A stretch of 61,500 nucleotides of DNA from an uncultured Acidimicrobiia bacterium (GTDB taxonomy: Bacteria; Actinomycetota; Acidimicrobiia; Spongiisociales; UBA4744). A program made the translations under genes and the position numbers. The notes under the pieces were generated by a model. It was not told where the DNA came from, ran no database searches, and was given only the letters and a program-made list of their open reading frames with translations. The stretch covers positions 1 through 61,500 of the forward strand of contig CAYLHS010000003.1 of the NCBI GenBank assembly GCA_964383535.1. The letters run 5' to 3'. Position 1 is the stretch's first letter. Each line of letters opens with the position of its first letter. Positions 49,658-58,618 of this stretch are shown here, piece by piece.

Positions 49658-50746
49658 TCAGGTCTTCACGAGACCAAGCTGTTCGATCTTGACCTTGAAA
49701 TCGTGGGGGTTGCTCGCAGCGCCGAGCGCAGCCTCATAGCTGATCGTTCCCTTCTTGAAGAGCCCGAGGATCGCTTGATCGAAGGACTGCATTCCGTAGA
49801 ACTCGCCCTCTTTGATCACGTCTGTGAGTGTATGGGTGTTCTTCTCGTCTACGATCCGGTCGAAGACCCTTGCGTTCATGGTCAGCACCTCTACGGCGGG
49901 CACTCGTCCGTGGCCGTCGAACCTGTCCACCAGCCGCATGCTGACGACACCTCTCAACATGCCGGCGAGCAAGAGTCGAACCTGCTTCTGCTGGTACGGC
50001 GGAAAGAAGTCGACGATTCGGCTGATCGTCTCGGTGGCGTCGATCGTGTGGAGCGACGAGAGAACGAGGTGTCCCGTCTCGGCCGCCTTGAGCGCCGCTC
50101 TGACCGTCTCGGCGTCTCGCATCTCGCCGATCATGATGACGTCGGGATCCTGACGAAGAACGCGCTTCAGCGCTTCTGCGAAGTTCTCGGTATCGACACC
50201 GATCTCCCGCTGCGAGACAATTCCGAGCTTGTCCGTGTGCAGCACCTCGATGGGATCTTCGATGGTGAGGATGTTGACCTTCCGCGTGCTGTTGATGTGA
50301 TCGATCATCGCTGCGAGGGTGGTCGTCTTTCCCGATCCGGTTGGACCGGTGACCAGCACCAGGCCCCTGGGCTCCAGTGCCAGCTTCTCGAGGACTGGTG
50401 GAAGTCCGAGCTCGACATAGCCGGGGCTCTCCGACAGGACACGCCTGATGACGATCGACACCGACCCGCGCTGTCGATACACATTCACCCGAAATCTCCC
50501 CAACTGGGATCGCCCGTAGGCGAAGTCCGCCTCACCCTTGGTGCGGAACTCCGCTGCTGCCATCTCCGAGAAGAGCGAGTTCGCGAATGCCTCGGTGTCG
50601 GCCGGTGTGAGATCGGGCAGACTGGTTGGGTGTAGCTCGCCATCGATGCGCATCACGGGTGGTGACCCGACCTTCAGGTGGAGGTCGGACGCGTCCACTT
50701 CTCGCATCTTTGCGAGGAGTTCGTCAATGGGAACGGCCATGCTCAC
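49658..50746 (-). CDS. PilT/PilU family type IV pilus ATPase
   Basis: ASDLHL, GPTGSGKTTTLAAMID, TIEDPIE, RQDPDVIMIGEMRD, TGHLVLSSLH, GMQSFDQ. Confidence 0.92.
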   Translation of the reverse strand: MSMAVPIDELLAKMREVDASDLHLKVGSPPVMRIDGELHPTSLPDLTPADTEAFANSLFSEMAAAEFRTKGEADFAYGRSQLGRFRVNVYRQRGSVSIVIRRVLSESPGYVELGLPPVLEKLALEPRGLVLVTGPTGSGKTTTLAAMIDHINSTRKVNILTIEDPIEVLHTDKLGIVSQREIGVDTENFAEALKRVLRQDPDVIMIGEMRDAETVRAALKAAETGHLVLSSLHTIDATETISRIVDFFPPYQQKQVRLLLAGMLRGVVSMRLVDRFDGHGRVPAVEVLTMNARVFDRIVDEKNTHTLTDVIKEGEFYGMQSFDQAILGLFKKGTISYEAALGAASNPHDFKVKIEQLGLVKT

Positions 50747-50793
50747 TTCCTCTCAGCACAAGGTGTATCGGCTCCGCGAGCGACTTCTTGACT

Positions 50794-51801
50794 TCAGAGT
50801 TTCCAGTATCGAGCGTGCGCTTCGATGAGCAGATCCAGAATCCGCCACGCCCCTTTGGGAGAAGTCCCCGGCACCTGCGTGGGTTCCTCGCCGCCGATCC
50901 CGGCAAGCGTCGCCGTGATGGACCGCTCCATCGCTCCCAGGTTGTAGCCGCCCTCCAGGAACAGGATCAGGTGGTGATCAGGTGCGGCCGCCCGCACCGC
51001 AGCCCCCATCATCTGATAGTCGGTCTCCACAAGCGATGCGTCCGCCAACGGATCCTTGGCGTGCCCATCGTATCCGGCGCTCACCAGCACCCAGTCGGGG
51101 TCGAACTGCGAGAGGATCGGACTGACGGCCCGGTCGAATGCCTCCACATAGACGTCGCCGGCCGTGTGCACGGGGACGGACAGATTCACCGTGAGGCCCG
51201 CACCGGGCCCTACGCCGACCTCCTCCACCCACCCCGACCCTGGGTAGAAGGGAAACTGATGCAGCGACACGTACAGGACGTCGGCATCCATCAGGAACGT
51301 GTCCTGTGTCGCATTCCCATGATGGACGTCCCAGTCCACGATTGCGACCCTCGCGCCCTCGTCGGCGAGCAGGCGGGCCGTGATCGCGATGTTGTTGAAC
51401 AGACAGAATCCCATCGCCCGATCTGCCAGCGCGTGATGGCCGGGAGGCCGGATGGCCAGAAAGGCCACATCGGCGCGCCCTTCTCTCAGATGCTCGACAG
51501 CCGCTATCCCTGCACCGGCGGCACGGAGCGCTGCCTCCCAGCTTCCCGGACCTGCAGGCGTGTCAGGATCGAGATCGACACGGCGGTCCCTCACCCGCCG
51601 CTTGACCATTTCGACGTAGTCGGGCTGGTGCACGGTCATCAAGAACGTCGGGTCGATCATCGGCGCCTCGACGTCGACCACGTCACCCTTCGCAGCTCGC
51701 ACACCTCTGATCGCAGCCCCCAACCGCTCGGAGCGCTCAGGATGCCAAGGACCGGTGTCGTGATGGAGCATCGCCTCATGAGTGACCAGCAGCACGCGCA
51801 T
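50794..51801 (-). CDS. Zn-dependent histone deacetylase / AcuC family
   Basis: HPERSER, RPPGHHA, GFCLFNN, DWDVHHGN, SAGYDGH, LEGGY. Confidence 0.92.
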   Translation of the reverse strand: MRVLLVTHEAMLHHDTGPWHPERSERLGAAIRGVRAAKGDVVDVEAPMIDPTFLMTVHQPDYVEMVKRRVRDRRVDLDPDTPAGPGSWEAALRAAGAGIAAVEHLREGRADVAFLAIRPPGHHALADRAMGFCLFNNIAITARLLADEGARVAIVDWDVHHGNATQDTFLMDADVLYVSLHQFPFYPGSGWVEEVGVGPGAGLTVNLSVPVHTAGDVYVEAFDRAVSPILSQFDPDWVLVSAGYDGHAKDPLADASLVETDYQMMGAAVRAAAPDHHLILFLEGGYNLGAMERSITATLAGIGGEEPTQVPGTSPKGAWRILDLLIEAHARYWKL

Positions 51802-51847
51802 GTCTCTACTTTGGCAGACGGGATAGAGGCCAGGGTACGATTGGGCG

Positions 51848-52573
51848 GTGGCGAGGGGGACCGTTGTGCGATACACAGGCGACTGGCCAGGCACGGTCGT
51901 GCTCCGGCACGGGCTTTCGAAGGCGGTGGCTCGGCCGTGGAACGCAGACGTCTCCGACGCGCACCTCACGATGGTTCGTGGTTCCTCAGCGTTCTTGGAG
52001 ATGTGTGTCTTCGAGTTGCTGGACCTTGGTGCCCCGTCTGTGATGTCGCCTCCACTCCCCTCTTCATCGGTGCGGCTGTGGAGTGCCGCAGGCTTCGAGA
52101 CGTTCGAGTGGCTCGATGTGTTCGCTCGAGATCTCGGCCTCGATGTTCCTGACCCAGACATGCCCGTAGACACAGAGTGGCAGGTCGACTGGGCAGAGGT
52201 TCAGGCGGTCGACAGCCAGGCATTCGACCCCTTTTGGCGTCTCGACAGTCGTGGATTGAGTGAAGCGACGACGGCAACTCCCTCGTCGGTCGTACTGACC
52301 GTTCGCGATGACGATCTGCTCGGCTTCTCCATCGTCGGTGCAGGTGCGAGTACCGGCTACCTACAGCGAATCGCAGTGGCGCCGAGCGCGCAAGGTCGGG
52401 GTATCGGGCGAGCACTGGTCCGAGCCTCAATTCGGTGGGGCCGGCGTCAGGGCGCCGGCCAGATGCTGCTCAATACGCTGGGCAACAACGACGTCGCGTC
52501 CAACCTCTATCTCACCGAGGGATTCGCCCACCTCGATGAGCGGCTCGCCATACTGCGCAGCAGCGGCACATGA
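51848..52573 (+). CDS. GNAT N-acetyltransferase
   Basis: C-terminal GYLQRIAVAPSAQGRGIGRALV...NDVASNLYLTEGF. Confidence 0.8.
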   Translation: MARGTVVRYTGDWPGTVVLRHGLSKAVARPWNADVSDAHLTMVRGSSAFLEMCVFELLDLGAPSVMSPPLPSSSVRLWSAAGFETFEWLDVFARDLGLDVPDPDMPVDTEWQVDWAEVQAVDSQAFDPFWRLDSRGLSEATTATPSSVVLTVRDDDLLGFSIVGAGASTGYLQRIAVAPSAQGRGIGRALVRASIRWGRRQGAGQMLLNTLGNNDVASNLYLTEGFAHLDERLAILRSSGT

Positions 52574-52611
52574 CGCTTGTAGTGTTCTGAGATCCGTCGA
52601 GAGGAGGCGAC

Positions 52612-53904
52612 CTGCCGCCGCCCCTTCCAACCCGCTACCGCCTCGAACAACGGCTCGGTCGCGATGGCGACATCGAGCAGTGGCTCGCGACGGATACTTC
52701 GCTCGACCGGCCCGTGCTCATCCGGGTGCTGGGTCCAGAAACGGACGCCGATCGCCGCGTGCAGTTCCTCGACGCCATGCGGGCGGTCGCCAACGTATCC
52801 CATATCCACCTGGCGAGCGTCTACGCCGCCGCCGAGGTGCCGGACGGCGCCTACTCGGTGACAGAGTGGGCAGGCGGTGTCACGATGCAGGATCGGCTCG
52901 ACGCGGGTGAGCCGATGACGGCGACCGAGTTCATCACCAACGCAGCGGGTCTCGCAGGAGCGCTCGACGCCCTCCACGAGTCGTCGGTCCTTCACGGAGC
53001 GATCGATCCATCGGCGATCTTCTTCTCAGCCGCTCATCCCGCCAAACTCGGAAGCTTCGGGCGCAGACCCACAGCGACCACGTCACTCGAGGATGTTGCG
53101 GATCTCGCAGAGACGCTGGATGCTTGTCTCACGGGAAGAACGACGCTCTCGGCCCCACCGTCGCAGATCGTCGACGGTGTGTCGCCGGCCGTCGACAGGG
53201 CGTTGCTCGACGCACGAGCCGGCCTGCTCGACGCTCGAAGACTCGCCGCAGCTCTTCAGGGCGCTCCGAGCATCACCGAGTCGGAACCCCGCCAGGGCTG
53301 GTCCTGGAGATGGCTAACGCCTGCCATCATCCTGCTCCTGCTCGCCGGCGGCATCATCGCCCTCGGCGCCCTCCTGACGGCCGGCTCGGAGTCGCCTGCT
53401 CTCTTCCCGGCACGCCCGCCAACTTCCACGACCCTGCAAGTGCTGAATTCGACCTCCACGACAACGACGACGCAACCCTCAGACTTCTCCCTGCTCGATG
53501 TGCGGGTTTTCGACCCATACGGCGACGGTGCTGAACACGACAGCGACCTCCACTACCTCACCGACGGTGATCTCTCGACGCCTTGGCGGACGGAGCACTA
53601 TTCGGCGCCCCTTCCCCTGATCAAGAAGGGCGTCGGCCTTGTGTTCGCCGTCGCGGGTACTCCGAACACGTTCGAGGCTCGGGCCGTCTTGGACGGCACG
53701 ACGTACAGCCTGATGTGGTCTCCAGCGTTCCATCAAGACATCGAAGGCTGGACCCGAATCTCCGGAGGTACCGTCTCTGGAGGGAGCATCACACTCCAGC
53801 TGCCTGCACGAGACGGTGGCTACTGGCTCCTGTGGCTCACCGAACTCCCCCAACAGCAAGACAGCTACTACACATCCATCGGAGAGGTGCGCTTTGCCCA
53901 GTGA
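52612..53904 (+). CDS. Membrane-anchored pseudokinase with extracellular domain (resembles the MviN/MurJ C-terminal part); CTG start inferred
   Basis: RYRLEQRLG...WLATDTSLDRPVLIR N-lobe lies upstream of the track start; HGAIDPS and SFG replace HRD and DFG; one TM, S/T linker, beta-rich tail. Confidence 0.75.
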   Translation: MPPPLPTRYRLEQRLGRDGDIEQWLATDTSLDRPVLIRVLGPETDADRRVQFLDAMRAVANVSHIHLASVYAAAEVPDGAYSVTEWAGGVTMQDRLDAGEPMTATEFITNAAGLAGALDALHESSVLHGAIDPSAIFFSAAHPAKLGSFGRRPTATTSLEDVADLAETLDACLTGRTTLSAPPSQIVDGVSPAVDRALLDARAGLLDARRLAAALQGAPSITESEPRQGWSWRWLTPAIILLLLAGGIIALGALLTAGSESPALFPARPPTSTTLQVLNSTSTTTTTQPSDFSLLDVRVFDPYGDGAEHDSDLHYLTDGDLSTPWRTEHYSAPLPLIKKGVGLVFAVAGTPNTFEARAVLDGTTYSLMWSPAFHQDIEGWTRISGGTVSGGSITLQLPARDGGYWLLWLTELPQQQDSYYTSIGEVRFAQ

Positions 53905-54463
53905 CGAAGAACTCCTCTCCGGTTTCCTCGAAGGCGATCATGCAGCATTCGACGAGTTGATGACACGCCATGAAGACCGGATCTTCGGACTCTGCCTTCG
54001 GATGCTCGGCAGTCGTGAGGATGCGCTCGATGCCACTCAGGACACATTCCTGACGGTCTACCGGAAAGGTCGCCAGTACTCCGGTCGGTCGAGATTCTCC
54101 ACGTGGCTCTACAGGGTGGCGATCAACACGTGCCACGATCACCTCAGGAAGCGCAAACGCCACCAAGCAGTCCCCATACCGGAGGGATCCGACGTGCCCG
54201 ATCCCTCCGTCGGCGACCAGTTCACTTCGGTGGAACTGCGCCCCGATATTCTCACCGCACTCTCGTCGATACCCGAGGAGTTCAGAAGCGCGGTCGTATT
54301 CGTCGACATCGATGGTCTCGCCCTGGATGAGGTTGCAGACATCATGGGGGTACCGGTCGGAACCGTGAAGTCGCGCACCTACCGTGGTCGACGCCTCCTC
54401 GCCGAATTCCTCGGGAACTTCCGGGGCGTGTCGGAGCATCAAAGGGATGAAGACCATGCATGA
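53894..54463 (+). CDS. ECF RNA polymerase sigma factor (SigM-like position)
   Basis: DALDATQDTFL, FSTWLYRVAINTC, region 4 DEVADIMGVPVGTVKSRTYRGR; TTG start after GGAGAGG. Confidence 0.9.
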   Translation: MPSDEELLSGFLEGDHAAFDELMTRHEDRIFGLCLRMLGSREDALDATQDTFLTVYRKGRQYSGRSRFSTWLYRVAINTCHDHLRKRKRHQAVPIPEGSDVPDPSVGDQFTSVELRPDILTALSSIPEEFRSAVVFVDIDGLALDEVADIMGVPVGTVKSRTYRGRRLLAEFLGNFRGVSEHQRDEDHA

Positions 54464-55157
54464 CCATGACATCGACCGCATCGCCGCCGTGGCAGAAGAC
54501 CGCCTGTCGGGACAGGATCTCGCCGCTGCCCGAGTGGAGATCGACGCATGTGAGGAGTGCAGTCGCGAGCTGGAGGCACAGCGGACGGCGATCGCCTTCC
54601 TCGGGCAGGCTCAACCGGCCACCCTGACGTCCATCGAGCGTGCGCGGCTTCACCGGGCGATCCGTCCTGCCCCCACCCGGTCGCGGTGGGTGCGACTCGT
54701 GCCGGTCTTCGCGGCGGCCGCCGCCCTCGTCGTGGTTGCCGGCGTACTGCTGCCCAGGGGGACCGGCACTCCGGAAACGTTCCTGAACGCGGGCAAGGGC
54801 TTGGAGTACTCTCAGGAGTCCGATTCGGCCGGGGCTGCCCCACGAGCACCCGTCATGGGCTCTTCAACCACGGCCGCACGCGCGACCACCACGATGCCTG
54901 CGTCCGACGCGATGCTGGCCTCACCAACCCCGCTCTTCGCCACAGAAGCGGACGAGCTCAGAAAGAACCCACCCGCCGAGACAACCACCCTCTGCCAGGA
55001 CGAGGCTCGCGACCGCATGGACGAGGAACCGATCGCTGCACGTGAGATCGACTACAGCGGCACTCCGGCCGTCTTGTATGTGTACCCAAAGACGGCGCTC
55101 ATCTTCGAACAAGCAACCTGTGACTTCCTCGAGGAGATTCCCGCGGACAATCCCTGA
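54456..55157 (+). CDS. Anti-sigma factor-like membrane protein
   Basis: CEEC motif, single TM helix, extracytoplasmic tail; overlaps the sigma stop. Confidence 0.7.
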   Translation: MHDHDIDRIAAVAEDRLSGQDLAAARVEIDACEECSRELEAQRTAIAFLGQAQPATLTSIERARLHRAIRPAPTRSRWVRLVPVFAAAAALVVVAGVLLPRGTGTPETFLNAGKGLEYSQESDSAGAAPRAPVMGSSTTAARATTTMPASDAMLASPTPLFATEADELRKNPPAETTTLCQDEARDRMDEEPIAAREIDYSGTPAVLYVYPKTALIFEQATCDFLEEIPADNP

Positions 55158-55184
55158 GTCTTGTTCGCTATCCTCAGGAACTCA

Positions 55185-55469
55185 ATGGACGACATGCCTA
55201 CACGCTTCGCGGATTTCCTTGAGAACATCGCTACCAAGATCCGCTCGCTCACAATCGATCGCTTCGCCCGCGGGATGCGCCTTGCGCTCGCCGGGACCGT
55301 GGCAGCAACGCTTGCCCTGATCGCTCTCATCTTCCTGATCGTCTCGGTGTTCAGAGCCGTCTCGGTTCCCCTGACCGTGGAGGGCGCGTACGCGGCGTTC
55401 GGGGGACTATTCATCCTTGCCGGCGTGTTGGTCTGGTTGAAGCGGAAGCCCAAGGACGGCAATGACTGA
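55185..55469 (+). CDS. Small 2-TM membrane protein
   Basis: Two hydrophobic helices and a basic C-terminus; overlaps the trxB start. Confidence 0.55.
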   Translation: MDDMPTRFADFLENIATKIRSLTIDRFARGMRLALAGTVAATLALIALIFLIVSVFRAVSVPLTVEGAYAAFGGLFILAGVLVWLKRKPKDGND

Positions 55470-56382
55470 AGACATCATCATCATCGGATCGGGCCCTGCC
55501 GGTCTGACTGCGGCGCTGTATGCCGCGCGTGGTGGCAACGATCCTCTCGTTCTGGAGGGAAGCCAGGCAGGCGGGCAGCTCATGCTCACCACCGAGGTCG
55601 AGAACTTCCCCGGGTTCCCGGACGGGCTTCTCGGTCCCGAACTCATGGACCGGATGCGCAAGCAGGCCGAGCGCTTCGGCGCTCGGATGCTCACTGTTGA
55701 TGTTTCAAAGGTCGAGCTGGACGCACACCCGTTCACGGTGTGGACGGGAGCAGATTCCTACACCGCCCGCTCAATCATCATCTCCACGGGTGCCTCCGCT
55801 ATGTGGCTCGGCATCCCTGGCGAGGAACGCCTTCGGGGCCGGGGTGTCTCGTCGTGCGCGACCTGCGACGGCTTCTTCTTTCGCAATCAGGAGATCGTCG
55901 TCGTTGGCGGCGGTGATACGGCAATGGAAGAGGCTCTCTTCCTCACCAGGTTCGCGTCGAAGGTGCACATCGTCCATCGCCGGGACGAGTTCAGGGCGTC
56001 GGCGATCATGGCCAAGCGTGCTGTCGAGCACCCAAACATCAACGTCATCTGGGACACCGTCCTCGAGGAGGTCCTCGGCGGCGACGAGGTCACGGCCGTC
56101 CGCATGCGCAACGTCAAGACGAACGAGGTATCCGAGATGCCGATCGGTGGCGTCTTCGTCGCTATCGGGCACAAGCCCAACACCGAGCTCTTTGCAGGAT
56201 CGCTCGACATGAATGACGTCGGTTACCTGATCTTGGAAGATGGGTCGACCGCTGCATCGATCGACGGTGTGTTCGCTGCCGGCGACGTCGCCGATCCCGT
56301 GTACCGACAGGCCATCACCGCCGCGGGCACAGGCGCCCGTGCCGCGATCGATGCTCGCCGGTGGCTGGAAACACACGAGTAG
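55462..56382 (+). CDS. trxB: Thioredoxin-disulfide reductase
   Basis: [46 protein letters not shown]. Confidence 0.96.
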   Translation: MTEDIIIIGSGPAGLTAALYAARGGNDPLVLEGSQAGGQLMLTTEVENFPGFPDGLLGPELMDRMRKQAERFGARMLTVDVSKVELDAHPFTVWTGADSYTARSIIISTGASAMWLGIPGEERLRGRGVSSCATCDGFFFRNQEIVVVGGGDTAMEEALFLTRFASKVHIVHRRDEFRASAIMAKRAVEHPNINVIWDTVLEEVLGGDEVTAVRMRNVKTNEVSEMPIGGVFVAIGHKPNTELFAGSLDMNDVGYLILEDGSTAASIDGVFAAGDVADPVYRQAITAAGTGARAAIDARRWLETHE

Positions 56383-56393
56383 GAGGCAGGCAG

Positions 56394-56711
56394 TTGGCCA
56401 ACATCACCGTCACCACCGACAACTTCGCCGAGGTCACAAACGGCGACGTCCCTATCCTCGTCGACTTCTGGGCCGAGTGGTGCGGGCCATGTCGCATGGT
56501 CGCTCCGATTCTCGATGACATCGCGAGTGAGCATCCCGACAAGATCCGAATCGGCAAGCTCAACGTCGACGAGCAACCGGCGCTTGCGGCGCAGCACGAC
56601 GTCATGAGCATTCCGACGATGATCCTGTTCCACGAAGGCAAGGAGCAGCGACGAATCGTCGGCGCCCGCCCGAAGCACGCGATGGAAGCCGAGCTCTCCC
56701 AGTTTCTCTAG
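56394..56711 (+). CDS. trxA: Thioredoxin
   Basis: DFWAEWCGPC, SIPT; TTG after AGGAGG. Confidence 0.95.
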   Translation: MANITVTTDNFAEVTNGDVPILVDFWAEWCGPCRMVAPILDDIASEHPDKIRIGKLNVDEQPALAAQHDVMSIPTMILFHEGKEQRRIVGARPKHAMEAELSQFL

Positions 56712-56732
56712 GCGAGCTTGGCCGGCAAGAAG

Positions 56733-56923
56733 GGTTCTCGCTCCTTGGTTCTCGGTGGGGTCTCGACCATCATCGCTTAGATTCCCTCCAGCCAGAGGCC
56801 ACCCAACCCCGGCCAGGGCCGCGTCCTGCATCGTCCGCTCCTTCATGGCCCGGGCCCCCGACCTCCAACCCCGCACCCGAGAACCGATCACGGAGGAGCC
56901 TCTCCTGCCGAGAACCGAGACCC
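56733..56923. repeat. Inverted heptamer-arm element between convergent trxA and parB
   Basis: Left GGTTCTC GCTCCTT GGTTCTC; right GAGAACC GATCACG GAGGAGC ... GAGAACC GAGACCC. Confidence 0.6.
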
Positions 56924-56991
56924 AACAGGGGGACGGCCTCGGTCGCTCGCTTTTCGTCAAGTGACAATAGTCACCGTGGCCCGGCAGTCCT

Positions 56992-57834
56992 CTACAGCAG
57001 CTCGTTGAAGATGCGCTCCAGATCGTCGAGCGAGGAGAACGCGATCGAGATCTTGCCCGAGTGCTTCGGCCCGTAGCGGATATGAACGTTCGTTTCCAAC
57101 GACTCCTGAAGTCGTTCTTCAAGTGCAATGATCGCAGCGGGCCGCGCCCCCGGTCGAGGACGCCCGGTCGATCGACCAACCCCACTTCGGGCTCGGGCCG
57201 CCTCCTCCACCTGACGAACGGACCATCCTTCCTCCGCAGCCTTCTTGGCGAGATGCTCTGCATAGGCCCTGTCTTCCACGCCGAGAAGCGCGCGGGCATG
57301 CCCTTCCCTGAGCGCCCCCCTCTCGAGGAGTCCCTGGATCGCTGCAGGCAGTTGCAGGAGTCGCAGCACATTCGTGACTGCTGATCTCGACTTGCCGACC
57401 CGAGCACCAATCTCCTCGTGCGTCAGGTTGAAGTCGTCCATCAATTGCTGGTAGGCCGCGGCCTCCTCGAGGACGCCGAGATCTTCACGCTGCAGATTCT
57501 CGATGAGCGCTTCCGTGAGGAGACGGTCGTCCTGACCTTCTCTGACGATCACCGGCACTTCGGAGAGTCCCACCATCCGCGCAGCGCGCAAACGCCGCTC
57601 GCCGGCGACGAGAACATAGGCGCCGTCCTCGGCTTCGTTCACGATTACGGGTTGCAGAAGCCCGACCTCTCGAATCGATGCCGCCAGCGATTCCAGCGAC
57701 TCCTCGTCGAAACGCTCTCGCGGTTGCCGAGGGTTCGGATGGATACGGTCGATCGCGACCAGCTGGAACGTTCGATCGGTCTTAGGAATCAGCGCGTCCA
57801 GGCCCCTTCCGAGGCCCGACTTCCTAGTTGACAT
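56992..57834 (-). CDS. parB: Chromosome partitioning protein ParB
   Basis: GLGRGLDALI, PNPRQPR, LVAGERRLRAA, ENLQREDL, HTH GKSRSAVTNVLRLL. Confidence 0.96.
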   Translation of the reverse strand: MSTRKSGLGRGLDALIPKTDRTFQLVAIDRIHPNPRQPRERFDEESLESLAASIREVGLLQPVIVNEAEDGAYVLVAGERRLRAARMVGLSEVPVIVREGQDDRLLTEALIENLQREDLGVLEEAAAYQQLMDDFNLTHEEIGARVGKSRSAVTNVLRLLQLPAAIQGLLERGALREGHARALLGVEDRAYAEHLAKKAAEEGWSVRQVEEAARARSGVGRSTGRPRPGARPAAIIALEERLQESLETNVHIRYGPKHSGKISIAFSSLDDLERIFNELL

Positions 57835-58618
57835 TCGCACCTCCATGCCGCTGAATGAACTCCCGGCCGAGCTGTCTGTATGCGATGGCACCTCGGCTCA
57901 TCGGATCGAACGCCTCGATCGGTTGCCCAAAGGACGGTGCTTCGGAGAGCCGTACCGAGCGCGGGATCACTGTTCGATAGGCGACGTCGCCGAAGAAGTC
58001 CCGTACCTGCGACACGACATCGGCGGCGAGATTCGTTCGTCCGTCGAACATCGTCAGCACGACTCCACCGATGCGCAGGCTGGGATTCAAGTTTCCGCTC
58101 ACCAGCTCGATGTTCTGCATCAGTTGGCTGAGACCCTCGAGCGCGTAGTACTCGCACTGGATGGGAATGAGCACCTCATCGGCAGCGGCGAGCGCATTTA
58201 CCGTCAGGAGACCGAGCGACGGGGGGCAGTCGATCAGCACGACGTCGTACTCGCCCCTCAGGTCGCCCAGCGCCTTCCTCAGCCGCATCTCCCGAGAGAA
58301 CATCGATACCAGCTCGATCTCAGCGCCGGCGAGGTCGATGGTCGCCGGCACCAGGAACAGGTCCCGAAAGCTCGTTGCCTCGACTGCGTCCTCGATTGGC
58401 GTGTCCCCGAGGAGGACATCGTAGATCGATACTGCGACTCCCCCTCGGTCGATACCAAACCCCGACGTCGCGTTTCCTTGCGGATCGAGGTCCACGACGA
58501 GTGTACGTTTTCCCTGGTAGGAGAGCGTCGCGGCGAGGTTGATGGCCGTTGTCGACTTGCCGACTCCGCCCTTCTGATTGGTCACCGCGACGATGACGGT
58601 GTGTCGATCAGTGTCCAC
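57824..58618 (-). CDS. parA: Chromosome partitioning ATPase ParA/Soj
   Basis: NQKGGVGKSTTA, DLDPQGNAT, IDCPPSLG, PIQCEYYALEG, IPRSVRLSEAPS. Confidence 0.96.
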   Translation of the reverse strand: MDTDRHTVIVAVTNQKGGVGKSTTAINLAATLSYQGKRTLVVDLDPQGNATSGFGIDRGGVAVSIYDVLLGDTPIEDAVEATSFRDLFLVPATIDLAGAEIELVSMFSREMRLRKALGDLRGEYDVVLIDCPPSLGLLTVNALAAADEVLIPIQCEYYALEGLSQLMQNIELVSGNLNPSLRIGGVVLTMFDGRTNLAADVVSQVRDFFGDVAYRTVIPRSVRLSEAPSFGQPIEAFDPMSRGAIAYRQLGREFIQRHGGANVN

